From NCBI GenBank assembly GCA_000708835.1, contig DF236994.1, positions 62,001 to 126,000 on the forward strand: a stretch of DNA of 64,000 nucleotides, written 5' to 3'. This DNA is from Klebsormidium nitens. Its lineage: Eukaryota > Plantae > Klebsormidiophyceae. The notes under the pieces were generated by a model. The model was not told the DNA's origin and made no database searches. It saw nothing but the letters and a program-made list of their open reading frames with translations. Shown here in pieces: positions 1 through 11,626 of this stretch. The position numbers and the translations under genes were made by a program. The first letter of the stretch is position 1; every line of letters starts with the position of its first letter.

Positions 1-529
1 CACTCTTTAGTTCGATTGTCACAACGAGGAATTTGACCAATGTTAATGGAACCCGCTCGCTCGTGCACCATTGCCATATGAATGTACCCATTGAGAACTC
101 GCCATCCGAAGTACGTCAACGCTTCTGTCTTGTGCTTGACCCATGAGTTGCGAGGAGCGGCCTTCTTTCAAAGTTCAGCGGCTTCCGACCAGTCCGTTAG
201 AAACAGCCCCATATTCCACAGAGGTTTCAAGGTGTATTGTTTCCATATGGATTCCTTTCTGCTTACACAAAATATAACAGGTGGTAGGAGGGCTGAGTAT
301 CTCCCTGCAGCGAGCAAAGAGCAAACCCAGTCTGAAACTTTCCCAAATCCTTCCTTTGCCTCGGCATCGCAGACTCCGGCTCAAGCGCGTGTCGCCTCCC
401 AAAAGCCCAACTGCCTAGCGGTTGATCAATGCATTGAACGGAACATCCTCGGGAAAACTCTGCTTCAGGTGCAAATTCAAATCGATCCTCCTGCAGAATA
501 CTTATCCCCCCCCGCAGTCGCAAGCTCAC

Positions 530-3500
530 CCTTGCAGTCCGCGCATTGCTTCCCGGATGCCCGCGACCGCTTCCTCCCCCGTCATCCCGTCCTTGCCGTC
601 CCGCGCAAACTCCCGCAACGACGGGACCTTGCTCGCAAAGAACTCTCCGATTCGCGTTCGCTCCACCCGTGCGGCTGCGCAGATTCGGAGAGTAAGAGAC
701 AGTTTAGGCAGCGCAACTCCATGCCAGTGCCTTCAGGTCTGCCAAACTCCCTCGTTCTGGACGGGTGTGCTTGTCTTTCTAATGCTCTTTTACCCCCCTT
801 CAGAGTGACAAAACGTCCTTTACGTGGCTGTCAGCGAGAAGAAAGCTACAAGACTCCGCCTCAAAAAGAACCAAGGACATGAACCCAAAAACAATTGTGG
901 TTATACAAAGCAGCCCCGAAAATCAACAAACCTTTTAAGGGGACTCTAAAAGGATGAAAACATTCTCCTCAGCGAATGGCAAAACCGGAAAACGACCCCA
1001 ATGACCCAAAACATCCAGCGAGTGTAGCAACAGCAGAAATACTTCTACGAACGCGGAATCAGATTTCAGAGTATCATATGAAGGAAGCAAGCAGCACTCA
1101 CAGGCGTTGAGCTTTGCGAGGGTGCCAGTCACTGCTGCGATGACCGGTTCCCGTGGGGCGGTGGACAGGCCGAAGAGGTCCTCCGCGAAAATGACGCGCT
1201 GCGCCCGTTTCGGAGGGGTCTGGGGGGTAGGGAGGAGCATCGCACCGACCAAGCGCAGGAGAGAAGCATCGCGGGCGAACCAGCCTGTGGAACGAGGGGC
1301 GAGAGTCGGTGTGACGATCGGTTTTCGCAAGCAAGTACTGAAGATAAGATTAATGAGGAGACGGAGAGGAAGATCCAGGTCGCAGGAGCGATGACACAGC
1401 AAAGTGAGAGTCTGGTAGATAATAAAGTGAATCATAAAATGTTAAACACCTTGCGAAAGATAAGTAGCACGAATGATCCTTCAAACCGGCTTCACCCTTG
1501 TCTCGAAGGTGTCGGCATGGTGATCCGACGTCCGGAGCAGTTGCAAACGAGAGAGTGTGTTTAACAACGTACGAGAAAAGACGTCAACGAACAAAAGAGC
1601 TCTTACGCCTTTCCTCACCTACGGCATCGAGACTCGGCGACATTGGGACGACACCAGCCGCAGATACGCTTCCGTGCGACGGCCGGAAGCTGTAGACCCC
1701 ATTGTACGCCGCCGGTATTCGCAGGCTACCCGCTGTATCCGTGCCTGTGCGTCCAATCAAAGTGGTCACTCCCAGCATAGACGCAAATCCATGAGGGATC
1801 ATGGAGAGGGAAAAGCAGAGACAGACAGCCGGCGCATACACAAGCCGATCTCAAGCTCGTTGGATGGACTGGTGTATCGGCTCTCAAGTCGCTTGAAAAT
1901 TGATCGCCAAACTCATCACACCTCCGAGTTACTTGAGAGTGTGGCAAAACTTCCGGTTTGATTACAACCCTCGATGCTCGTGACAAGGAGACGAACAAAC
2001 CTCTGTTCCATCACACAATTCCTTGTATTACTTGAATAACGAAACGCAATGGCGGCCATTGCTTGAGAACACTCCAAGAAGATGCAGAGGAGATATGTGC
2101 CTCCACCCACTGCACCGGCCCCGGAGCCTATCCAGGGGCTTGAAAGGCAAGAATCGTCACACTTCACATGCAAACTCTGATAGATTGCAAAACGGCCTCC
2201 GACTTGGATCCTGTATGCTTTTCGCCCGTATTGCGTCCCTTACCACCCCTCCATGCCATCGTAGTCTTCGTCAACGGACTACCAAAAGCGAAAATACCAT
2301 CCCAGCTGTCACGCCGCTGATTCGAATTCTGATGGATCATGCAGCATCAAACAACACTGCAGAATCAGAAGCACATCATTTTCCCAGCCCCAAGTTCTCC
2401 TCCGTTTTCATCGTGGGTTCTTACCGATTGCAAAGTCCACTACCCCGGCCGCCACCGCTGCTGCGGATCCGCTCGACGAACCGCCTGGCACGCGGTCAGG
2501 GGCTGCGCTGTTGAGGGGGGTCCCGTAGTGCTTGTTCTCGCCGTTGATGCTGAAGAAAAAATGCCACACGGTATCAGAGTTGGACACACCTTAGTGAAAC
2601 AGGTAACAAGGACTCGGTCAGAAGCTCTTGTTGCGAAGATCACGAGAAGTAACAAGTAAAGACGGTAACAAGAGTTTCGCGACTACAAGCGCAATCAAAC
2701 ACACCAAATGACAGGGTCCACAACCTCCCCTGTCAAATCCACAAATGGCAGTGCGGCCGAGGAATCACGATTCACGACCAGACTTATCCCCACTGCAGGC
2801 GCAACTCCTTTCAAAGATGCCCCTTACTGCACATATCATATAAACCCACCCTCTTAGACTTTGATTGACTTACTTCTAGAAATTTGAGAGATTGGGCCTG
2901 TCTTTACCTGAACGCCAGCTCATCCATGTGTGTTTTCCCCACCAGGGTGGCGCCGTTTCGCAGCAGGGCTGTCACCACGTGCGCCGTGCTCTTTGCCTCC
3001 TCGTGCGTCGCTCTCCACGTCGGGTTGCCGAAACCCGTCACGTGCCCCTCCACATCAAAGCTGCACGTGCAGGGGGGGTGGACCAGGTCTATAAAGGAGC
3101 TCAATTGTCATACTCTTGAGGACGGCAGAAGTAATCTAGCATTATCTGTCAACGAGAGTTTCACTCGCCAGGCTGAAACTACCAGCAGGATCTTCAACTA
3201 ACTAGAAAATAAAGTCGCTAGTCCGCCACTTCCGTGCTAAGGGCCCCATCTTGCGAATCAACACCAAACTGCCGCATAGGTTCCAGGATTTCGCAGCATT
3301 GCAATTACGAGGTCATCCGTCCGATGAGTTGACTTTTTTTCAGATCGTAACTTTGAAGTTGTGGGAGGGTGTTAAAAGAAGTGCACCGAAAAGAGACCAT
3401 AACAATCGTGGTAATGGTGGGGCAAAGCTGCGACCACTTTCAAGCAAATTGCATGCGAACCTTGATTCTTGCATGTGCCCACTTTTAAGGGTTTGACTGC

Positions 3501-4036
3501 CATACATGCAGGTTTAAATTGGAGCAGGCATTCGGTCAAAGGGCCAGGGAATAGTGGAGAAGTAGCCTAAGAAGTCAGCATTGCTCGCTCATATCGACCT
3601 TACATCTCTTCATGAACCACTCTTTGAAATTTGATCGTCACATCTCGGCACAGAAGTCCAAAAGAGGAGTGAAACCCTCACCTGAAGGCATTTGGTGGAA
3701 AGTTGAGACCCGTGTTTGCAGTTGGCAGATGACATCATCAGAAAATTCTCAAACACCATAAAAGAGAAGCGCGCAGCTTCTTCACACATGCATAAGAAGA
3801 TCTGTCATCTCAACTCACATGTCCTTCGCCGCAAACCGCAGCCCCGAGAGAGGGAGCGGGGCAAGCGGCGGCAGAGGGTTTGGCGATGGTTGCACCTCAA
3901 ACTCCTCAATAAATGCATTGAGCTGCCTCTCTTCCGGCTCCTTCTTCTTTTTGGACTTGAGATAGAAACCCAGCAGTCCCAAGGATACAATGATAGCGGA
4001 TAGCAGAGGCACCGTCGAGCCACCAGGGGACCCCAT
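530..4036 (-). CDS. Amidase-signature family protein (AMI1/Toc64/OM64 family) with N-terminal hydrophobic anchor; 3' end unresolved, probably beyond the window start
   Basis: Frame-consistent GT-AG exons 4036-3819, 3060-2908, 2549-2425, 1744-1619, 1284-1102 and 674-530. They give LRFAAKDIFDVEG, GKTHMDELAFSINGEN, PGGSSSGSAAAVAAG, GTDTAGSLRIPAAY and GWFARD, the motifs of the amidase signature family. The N-terminus VPLLSAIIVSLGLLGFYL-KSKKKK looks like a signal anchor. Confidence 0.85.
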
Positions 4037-4504
4037 TGCGATGAGCCAACAACTTTTGCAGTGCTTTGTTGCTCAGCGCCTGTGCGCCACCCTTCGCAGA
4101 TCTCCCTTCTCCTCGTGATTTTTTCCAGCTGCCCAGCTCGAGCTCGAGTGGTGCTCTATTCTGATCTGATGAAATTCCTTTCAGAAGGACCATGTATCAT
4201 GGCATGACCAGGATACTGACGCCCGCGTATCCTCTTCATAAGCGGATTGTCGAGGTATGGTTTTCCCGTACGTCTATATTCCCACCTCAGTCACAGATGG
4301 AGGCAGGAAATTGCCAGTAATGACAAGGCCGTATGCAGGAGGCTTGGCCGCTTATGCAATCATCCTTTGACAACAATAGGTAGCCTATAACAGGAAATGC
4401 CTCCTTCCGAAGATACACATTCCCTGACTCCTGACTCCTGAGCCGAGGACCCAGACAAGAGGGGGCGCCACATTGCTGAGCGCTGCATTGGCACCATAGC
4501 AACC

Positions 4505-7500
4505 ATGGCGTCTTTCCCCCGAGCCAGTCATGTGACAATCCTCTGCCAGCTTGTCTTCATTGCTGCCTGCATCTTGGCTTCGTGCGTAGAGGGCGTCGAT
4601 TCCTCGTCGGTGGTGGATGTCTTTCGGATGGTCCAGTATGACCTGGGGGGAAAGCCGCTGGGGTCTAGAAAAGCGGGTTTGAACCAGCATGTCAGCTCAG
4701 GGTTGGCGCTGCCAGGTGCAGATATTGCTCGGGCTACGATCGTGATGCCAGTGGGGAGCATCAATGAGACCCTCTTCAATGGTAAGTGTCACAATTTCTT
4801 TTCTGATGTGGAAGTACATTGTAGAATAAATGAAAGGTGCGATGGCCAATGTGGCGCCACTGTAAGAGACAGGACATTTGAACTTCCAATAAAAGCTATT
4901 GAACGCAGATCCGCTTACAAATTAGTTCTTTTTGCACTGGATGACCGTGGATTAGTTTCGACTTGAAGAAAGTATGTATGCCTAACATTTAAAGCGGTGA
5001 GACCAACAGGGCCCGATATTTCCACTTGAGGTCCGCAACTGATGCTCATTCTTGCCTGAATCCTTCACAAAGTGCCCTCTTTGTGATTACATCATCACCA
5101 GAGCGTTGGTGTGCTGTTTGCGGTGCAGAGGTGTTGCAAAAAAGAATACACGTTGGGAGCCTGCTCTTCCTGTTACCACGAAATTATGGCGCCCAAGACG
5201 ACGAGGAAGGTGCGAAGGATGCACACAATCTGGCGGCGCTTGAGCAGAAGCTGATCCAGGCCAACCTGGGGGTAAGCTTACCACCTCTTCCCTTACTTGA
5301 CTTCATATCTGCATCAAAACGTTCTTGACTTGCTTTCATGCCTCTGAGAGATTTCCAAGCAAATTCCTGCTACGCCTGTGCACTTATCAGCTTATCTTAG
5401 ATCTCTCCTTCCGCTCCAGGTTTGAAGTACCATTGGCAAGCTTGGACTTGCCAATTGAAAGGATCTTTAAGATTGGTTTGTCCGGTGGATCTTAAGAGTC
5501 GTTTTATTGCAATGATTTGAGCAATGATCGATTCAAGGCAGGTTGGATTGCTTGTTCGGAGCACTGCATAGATGTCCTTGGTGTTGAAGACATTCTGCGC
5601 TTTCGGTATGGTAGAAAGACAGTGTTCTCTACTACCGAGAGATAATTCAACGTCCCCGACAAAAGGCGTGGATGAAATTCCCAGGCTTTGTAATGAGCCT
5701 CATGATCCCAGGCTTTCACCTGCCCCGCCCTGAAGCCTGACTGGCTTCTATGATTGGGCAGGTGCCAGTGTATTTTGCGTATAAAAACGAGGTTTTTGCT
5801 GACATCCTGAGCGAGCTCAAAGCAAATGACGAGGCTGGAGTCCCTGCGAGCGCAACCAGCGGTGGTTATCGGTTGGTGGTGAAGACGCCGGAAGGAAGGA
5901 AGCTTCCGGCGCCAACGCTGGTCAACATTCAGGTGGGGCTGCGAAGTTTCTTACTGAGCATAAAAACAAAATCATTGCAAAGCAAAGGCCATGAAGCAGA
6001 GTTTGGATCCTAGGAAAACGCTGAAAGGGTGGGCTTGCTTAAGTTCAAGTTCTCAATCTTATTCTAAACTCCGATCTGGGAACATCAACAGCGACAAGAG
6101 TATCTATACGTCTTCCCAATGACAATCTGCTATGCTTGGACAAGCCTGAACGTCAAGCAACTGCACAGGAATGACTTACATCTTGTTCAGAGTAAGAAGA
6201 CCTTCTGAACGCACAGACTTGATTGTTCTCTGCCATCAACAAATGCGGGGGCTAACCCTCAACTCGAACTCGCTCCCCTGCAGGGCTGGCTTCGAGGCGC
6301 CCTCCCGTCAAACTCTCAGCCTTCTGCCATTCAAACCATTGCTATCGTGGCCTCGTACGACACATTCGGGGCAGCCCCGGGCCTTTCGTTCGGCGCCGGC
6401 AGCATCGGCACTGCGGTGGTAGCCCTTCTGGAGCTCGCGCGGCTCTTTTCGAAATTGTATGCGAGCGGAGCTACGCACGGAGGGTACAACCTGCTGTTCC
6501 TGCTGACTGGAGGGGGACCGTACGATTATGACGGGACGAAGCAGGTGAGCGGAATGCTTGGTCGTTCCGATGGTGCAGGCGACCCTGAACGGAGGGAGTG
6601 TGAAAGAGAAATGCAAAGAGCGTCACAGGATGTCAGTTGCTTCCTGTCCATTGGGCAGTTCAGCGTCGACCTTCCTTTTGGTTACTTCTAGTCTGCTCCG
6701 TGTAAAGCAGTCTGACACTCATGTGCCGTTTGGAGGGGTACCATGGCTTCTCCATCAGGTGCCAGGGATGCCGTTAAAAGCAGCTGAAGTCTTCACGAGT
6801 TTCGGCGTTCCCCAATCAGAGCCTAACCCACAACACTCGGTTCACGAACGTAGCCACATTTTCGGGGAATGGAAGTGCGTGGCTACATGCCACGCTCTCG
6901 AAAGATTGGAAGTGCGTGGCTACATGACACACTCTTCAAGGCCTCCTCTTAAAACGTCCAACAAGCCAATGAACGGCTTCAGAAACAGGTGGAAGGACGA
7001 GAACGAGTCTGACCTTGTTGTCCCGCTCCGCAGTGGCTGTCGAGCCAGGACAACCGGCTGCTCGAGACGGTCGAGTTTGCGCTGTGCCTCGACGGTCTGG
7101 GCGCTTGGGGAGACGGCGGCCTGAAGCTCCACGTTTCTCGGCCCCCGAAGGAAGCTGCAATCCAGGCACTTTATAGCACGTTCACGGAGGTTGCGGATGG
7201 GTTCGGGATTCCGCTTGAGATCGTGCAGAAGAAGGTTAACCTGGGAAACCCGCGGGTGAGTTCTCGGTTCCTGAGTACTCAAGCCCCCCTAACAGGCGGG
7301 TGTACTAACGGCCTTCGTTAGTGCGAACACTACGAACGACGGCCGCTCTGCCCCTCTTCCTTCTCTTGACGGAATTCTGTTGGACTGGCTGCGTCAAACA
7401 TTATCTTGCTCAGCCGTTTTCGAAACATGCACACCTCGAACTACTACACATGCATTTGCACTGCATCAAACACAGTCTTTCTACTTTAGTTCTAGAGGTT

Positions 7501-9788
7501 TCTTCTTCCCACTTCAATCATTAGGAACTGGCTGAGCGCGTTCTTACACGAGGTCATTCCTACCATTCAATCAAGTCTCCGGAAAGGCGGGAAAATGTTG
7601 GCCTGCAATTGGATTATCAAGTCAGGAGGACCGAAGTCACGTCTCCTCATCCTTTCGGGTGCACGCCAGGTTTCGAGACTTGATAATTTTTCTGACGTTC
7701 GTTCTGGGACGTCCCCTTGTCATTCTCGCTGCGCGCCAAGTGCTGAGGACTATCATTGAAACGTTTACTGAGAAAACTTGATTAGGGTATAGGCATAGGG
7801 TATTAGGTATAGGGTATAGGGTATTATATTATATACATATAGGTCCCTATATGTATATATTGTATAATAATACCTATAGGTCCCTATATACCTAATAGGT
7901 CCCTATATGTATATATTGTATAATAGGTCCCCGTGTCTTTCTCGCTGCGTGCCAGGTGTTCTGGGAGCACGAGCAGTTCTCCCGACGGCGCATGGTGGCG
8001 GGCACGCTGTCCGGCCGCCCCGCGCCCCCCGAGTTCCTGGAGGACACCGGGGGCATTGCTGACACGCGCGCTAGAGTAGACCCCGCTGCGGTAGCGAAAG
8101 CCGTCAAGTTCGTGGCAGAGAGCCTTGCTGTGAGTTCCATCGATTGCGCTTCTTGTTTCCTGGCGGCGCTTTCTGCTTGAAAGGACTTGAGCGACTCTGC
8201 TTTTAGATTGACAGTCGGCTGGATTGGAAGCGGTTGCTGAAGACTCAACGCGTATTGGCTGACTCGACTGCCACCGGCTTTGTATCTCGTGTCCACTTGT
8301 GAGCAACATCAAAAGGCGATTCGTAAGGAGGAGAACACTCATCCAAAAACTCCTTTCAATTGCACTCAAGTTCGCGAGCTAGGTATTATTTTGCCATTCG
8401 AGGCTTTTTTCCTACATCAGATAATTCAAGTCTCTCAGCGTTGTGATCCGATTGTTGTCTTGTGTTGCAGAGGCACATTTACGGATCAGGTAGCGTGGAG
8501 GTTTTTGCGGACAACACTAGCCTGGCCGTGAGCACGGAGTTCGTGGCGCACTGGCTGGGCCTGCTCGGGAGCACGCCCCGAGTGGCGGCGTTCCTGTCAA
8601 AAACGAGCCCCATAGTCACGGCTCTCCAAAAGGTGAGCAGCAAGAACGAACTGGGTGTTGGACGGGCAAGATTCAGGCATGGGGCCGATGCCTCGGTTTC
8701 GAACACGGTTCTTCACAGGGGTTCCACAGGGCAAGTCTTTTGCTCTTGTCCAGGACAAACGAAAGATGCAACTCGGCAGGAAGTCCCCGCAACATTGCAA
8801 GATCCACATAGACTGTGTTCGAAGTGTTCTCCAATGCGACTGCCACACGGGTACAAAGACGACACTTCGGTTCAGCAGACATTGAGTCCCCTTCGAACAT
8901 GGCAGGAGCGGTGATGTTTATCGATCAATCGCACTCTGTGCTGTTTCTTGGGTATCTGCTGCATTCTGGAAAGTAGGAGCACCTCGCACCAAATGCTTCC
9001 AAGTGCTGCATGTCATTGCACCTCCGCATATCAACTTTGGAGATGCAGGACGCGCTCAGGCCTTGGACACAGGTTAAGGTATTGACCGGCGTTGAATCTG
9101 TATTTTCTTGCAGCAATTGTCCGAGTACGTGGGGGAGGTCTCGTTTCACGCCGCCAAGCTCGAGAGTGACCTTGTCATGTACGACGCTTCCACGGCAAAG
9201 ATGAACATCCATAAGGTGACCGCTCGGCCTTCCACTCCGTTTCTCATTCAGAAACAAGCATGCCAATGTGTGACTTTACATTGAAGGGTGCTTTCTATTT
9301 TGAAGATGTCACGCAACAAAGTCCCGGCCACTTGAGACGTCTCCCAAGCTCATGCCGCTAGTTCATCCCGAGCTTTTTGAGAGTTGGAATTGATTTCTGC
9401 AAGCTTCTTGCAGGTGGCTAGCATGACCTTCGACATCTGGATCCTGCTCGCCGTTGCTGCTTATTTGGCTTCTTTGTACGCGATCCTCCACATCGCTACC
9501 AAGGTAAGTGAATTTCGAAGTCGCCGAAAGATTTCGCATATGACTTCTTCTGATACCTCACGTACTCGAAAGGTTGAGCTCAAGACTTTCAATCTGCTTG
9601 AAAAGTTCCTCCGAGCTCCTTTTCAAGAGAGTATTGTTCGGACTACCATTGTCATTATCCCTTCCTGCCAACACTTCTTCTTCTACTTTTTCGCGAGGTC
9701 ATTTTTTTGGTGTTGTTTGCAGGGACTTGATGATTTCTTGGGGGTGTTTAGGAAACCTGTGAACAACAAGAAGTCAAAAGCGTTGTGA
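4505..9788 (+). CDS. NCLN: Nicalin (nicastrin-like, inactive M28 peptidase fold; ER membrane protein)
   Basis: Exons 4505-4781, 5129-5271, 5762-5932, 6284-6544, 7034-7255, 7956-8129, 8471-8632, 9114-9215, 9414-9503 and 9723-9788 join in frame. Features: signal peptide, VFRMVQYDL, TIAIVASYDTFGAAPGLSFGA, YNLLFLLTGGGPYDYDGTKQWL, WEHEQFS, and a C-terminal TM (FDIWILLAVAAYLASLY) followed by a basic tail. Confidence 0.9.
6870..6940 (+). repeat. 37-bp period tandem duplication in nicalin intron 4
   Basis: TGGAAGTGCGTGGCTACATG occurs at 6870 and 6907. An inverted partial copy, GTAGCCAC, lies at about 6850. Confidence 0.7.
7785..7926. repeat. AT-rich low-complexity block with (TAGGGTA)n-like units and a duplicated 31-mer, in nicalin intron 5
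   Basis: TAGGGTATAGGCATAGGGTATTAGGTATAGGGTATAGGGTAT is followed by two copies of ATAGGTCCCTATATGTATATATTGTATAATA (about 7839 and 7895). The block is far more AT-rich than its surroundings. Confidence 0.8.
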
Positions 9789-10061
9789 CGCGGCAAGTAG
9801 GTAAAGCAAGAAAAGCTAGGTGCAAAGAATCGTGAGCACACGGTGTTATGACCGTTCCTGAGTTTTTCTCTTTGAGGAAGCAACGTTGAGCCGAAAAGCA
9901 AAGAATATTGATTGCAACCTTTGTCGTTGCGTTTGACTTCTGATGTCCAAGATCTTTCCGGCTGCGGCTTTGACGGCACCTTATTGATGGTCCATTGGAA
10001 GTGATTGCTACAAACCCATGAGCCACCCGGCCAGTGTGGCCGCCGACCGTGTTCCACACTA

Positions 10062-10095
10062 CATTGCTTTAAGTGGCAAGGCGCTTAAAGCAATG
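10062..10095. other. Perfect 12-bp inverted repeat (stem-loop) downstream of the nicalin stop
   Basis: CATTGCTTTAAG, a 10-nt loop, then CTTAAAGCAATG. Confidence 0.6.
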
Positions 10096-11626
10096 AAAAT
10101 GGCGTCCCTAACCGGGAGGCCTTTTCTGGGTTAAGAGGAGGTTTTAGCGTTTACGGAGTTCTTGGTTGCTCGAGGTTAGGTATTCGGTTCGGGGCCAGTT
10201 ACTTGCACATGCAGAAGTTTAGATAAGGCGGTATACGGTATAGGCCTACCGGGATAGGTATGGCTACAATATTACGTAGCTTGCGTTTTGCCGGGTACAA
10301 GAAAGATCATCGCCCGGGGACTGAGTAGGTTAGGTTGGGGGTTTAAGTGGGTGAAAGTGTGGGGCACCTTGACAAGTCAACCAAGTCAAGGTCACGTGGT
10401 AAATTGGTAAGGGTTTAACCAATAGGATCGCGAATAAAATAGCTTTACCGCGAAATTGACATGCCAATACAGGGAGGCAACCATTCTCTGTTGCAACGAA
10501 ATATAGATCAGACTTGATTACTTTCAATGGTGCTCAGCCAAGGCACTAGACCGAGCGGCACCAGGAGAGATGCCCTTGCACATCTTAAGGACTATGCCAG
10601 GCTAGGGCGGCTGCAAATTTTCGAAACTTGAAAATGCAGCATGTTGCAATCTCATTTTGCATGATGCACTATGGCCCTCACGCATAACTCAGCCCGGAAT
10701 TCCTGAAAATGCATGTTTAATCAAGATAGATCCAACTTCATACAGTCATTTGGGCCCGACCATGGACCGCGGCGGCACATTCACATTTTAGGAAGGCCAA
10801 TGCATAATGGGATTGCAAACGATCGCTCAGGATGATGGTAACCGACGCAACGCGGGGCCCTAATACCTATTGCAATTCTTTGATGAGGCTCGAAGTCTGC
10901 CGCCTGACGAGCGTGGTGACTAACGTGCCAACTTGAAGCAGTGCAGCCTGTACACGCGCGGCAAGAATAGGCGCGGCGGGCGCGCGAGGATGAGAACGCG
11001 CGTTTCGCACAAGCAACGTGCGAAGACGTCGATTTCCAGCTGAATCGACGGCTATAACATGCGCCCTCCATTTTGGAAACTCGTCGTGCAACGAGTTTGC
11101 TTTCTTTCAAATTCAAATGGATTTCGGCCAGCCTAGTTGCAGCCCAAGAACAAGCACGAAGATGGTGCAGCCGCTAGAATTTAGAAAGCTGGCGACGGAA
11201 GAAAGAATCATAATGCCAGCCTGCTGACGCGAGCGCAAAAAGGCTGCCTTTGCCTTCGCATGGTATAGCGCACTTTGCATTTGAATTCAGAGGATTAGCA
11301 GAATTGAGGGCTTGATTAGCTGTGCTTCCTTTTCGCATTGGGTATGACCACGCTTGGCAAGAGTAGGACGTTCACGTGCAGAAGCGACTGCAGCCGGTTG
11401 AATTTCGCTTCGTACCAGCTTGCGGAGTGAAGTCATCGAGTCTCAGGGGGTAGAAAGGTCCCACTATGGCTTACTTGATGACTTGGCAATCTGACAACCT
11501 TGCTGAACAGATGAAGACCACATTTGGCCATACTAGTAACACACGGAATTGATGTTGACAATGTTTAACTGCTTAGTTGGTCAAGTAGGTTAGGGTTGTT
11601 CGCTTGGTATCCCTTTGAGTTGCTTG

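Noticed and set aside
82-882. 266-aa plus-strand ORF
   Set aside because: It overlaps the antisense amidase exon 674-530 and its introns, and has no recognisable motif.
10062-10115. Hairpin followed by CTAA as a possible Helitron 3' end
   Set aside because: The stem is AT-rich and long for a Helitron hairpin, the base after CTAA is C rather than the expected T, and no matching 5' end was identified.
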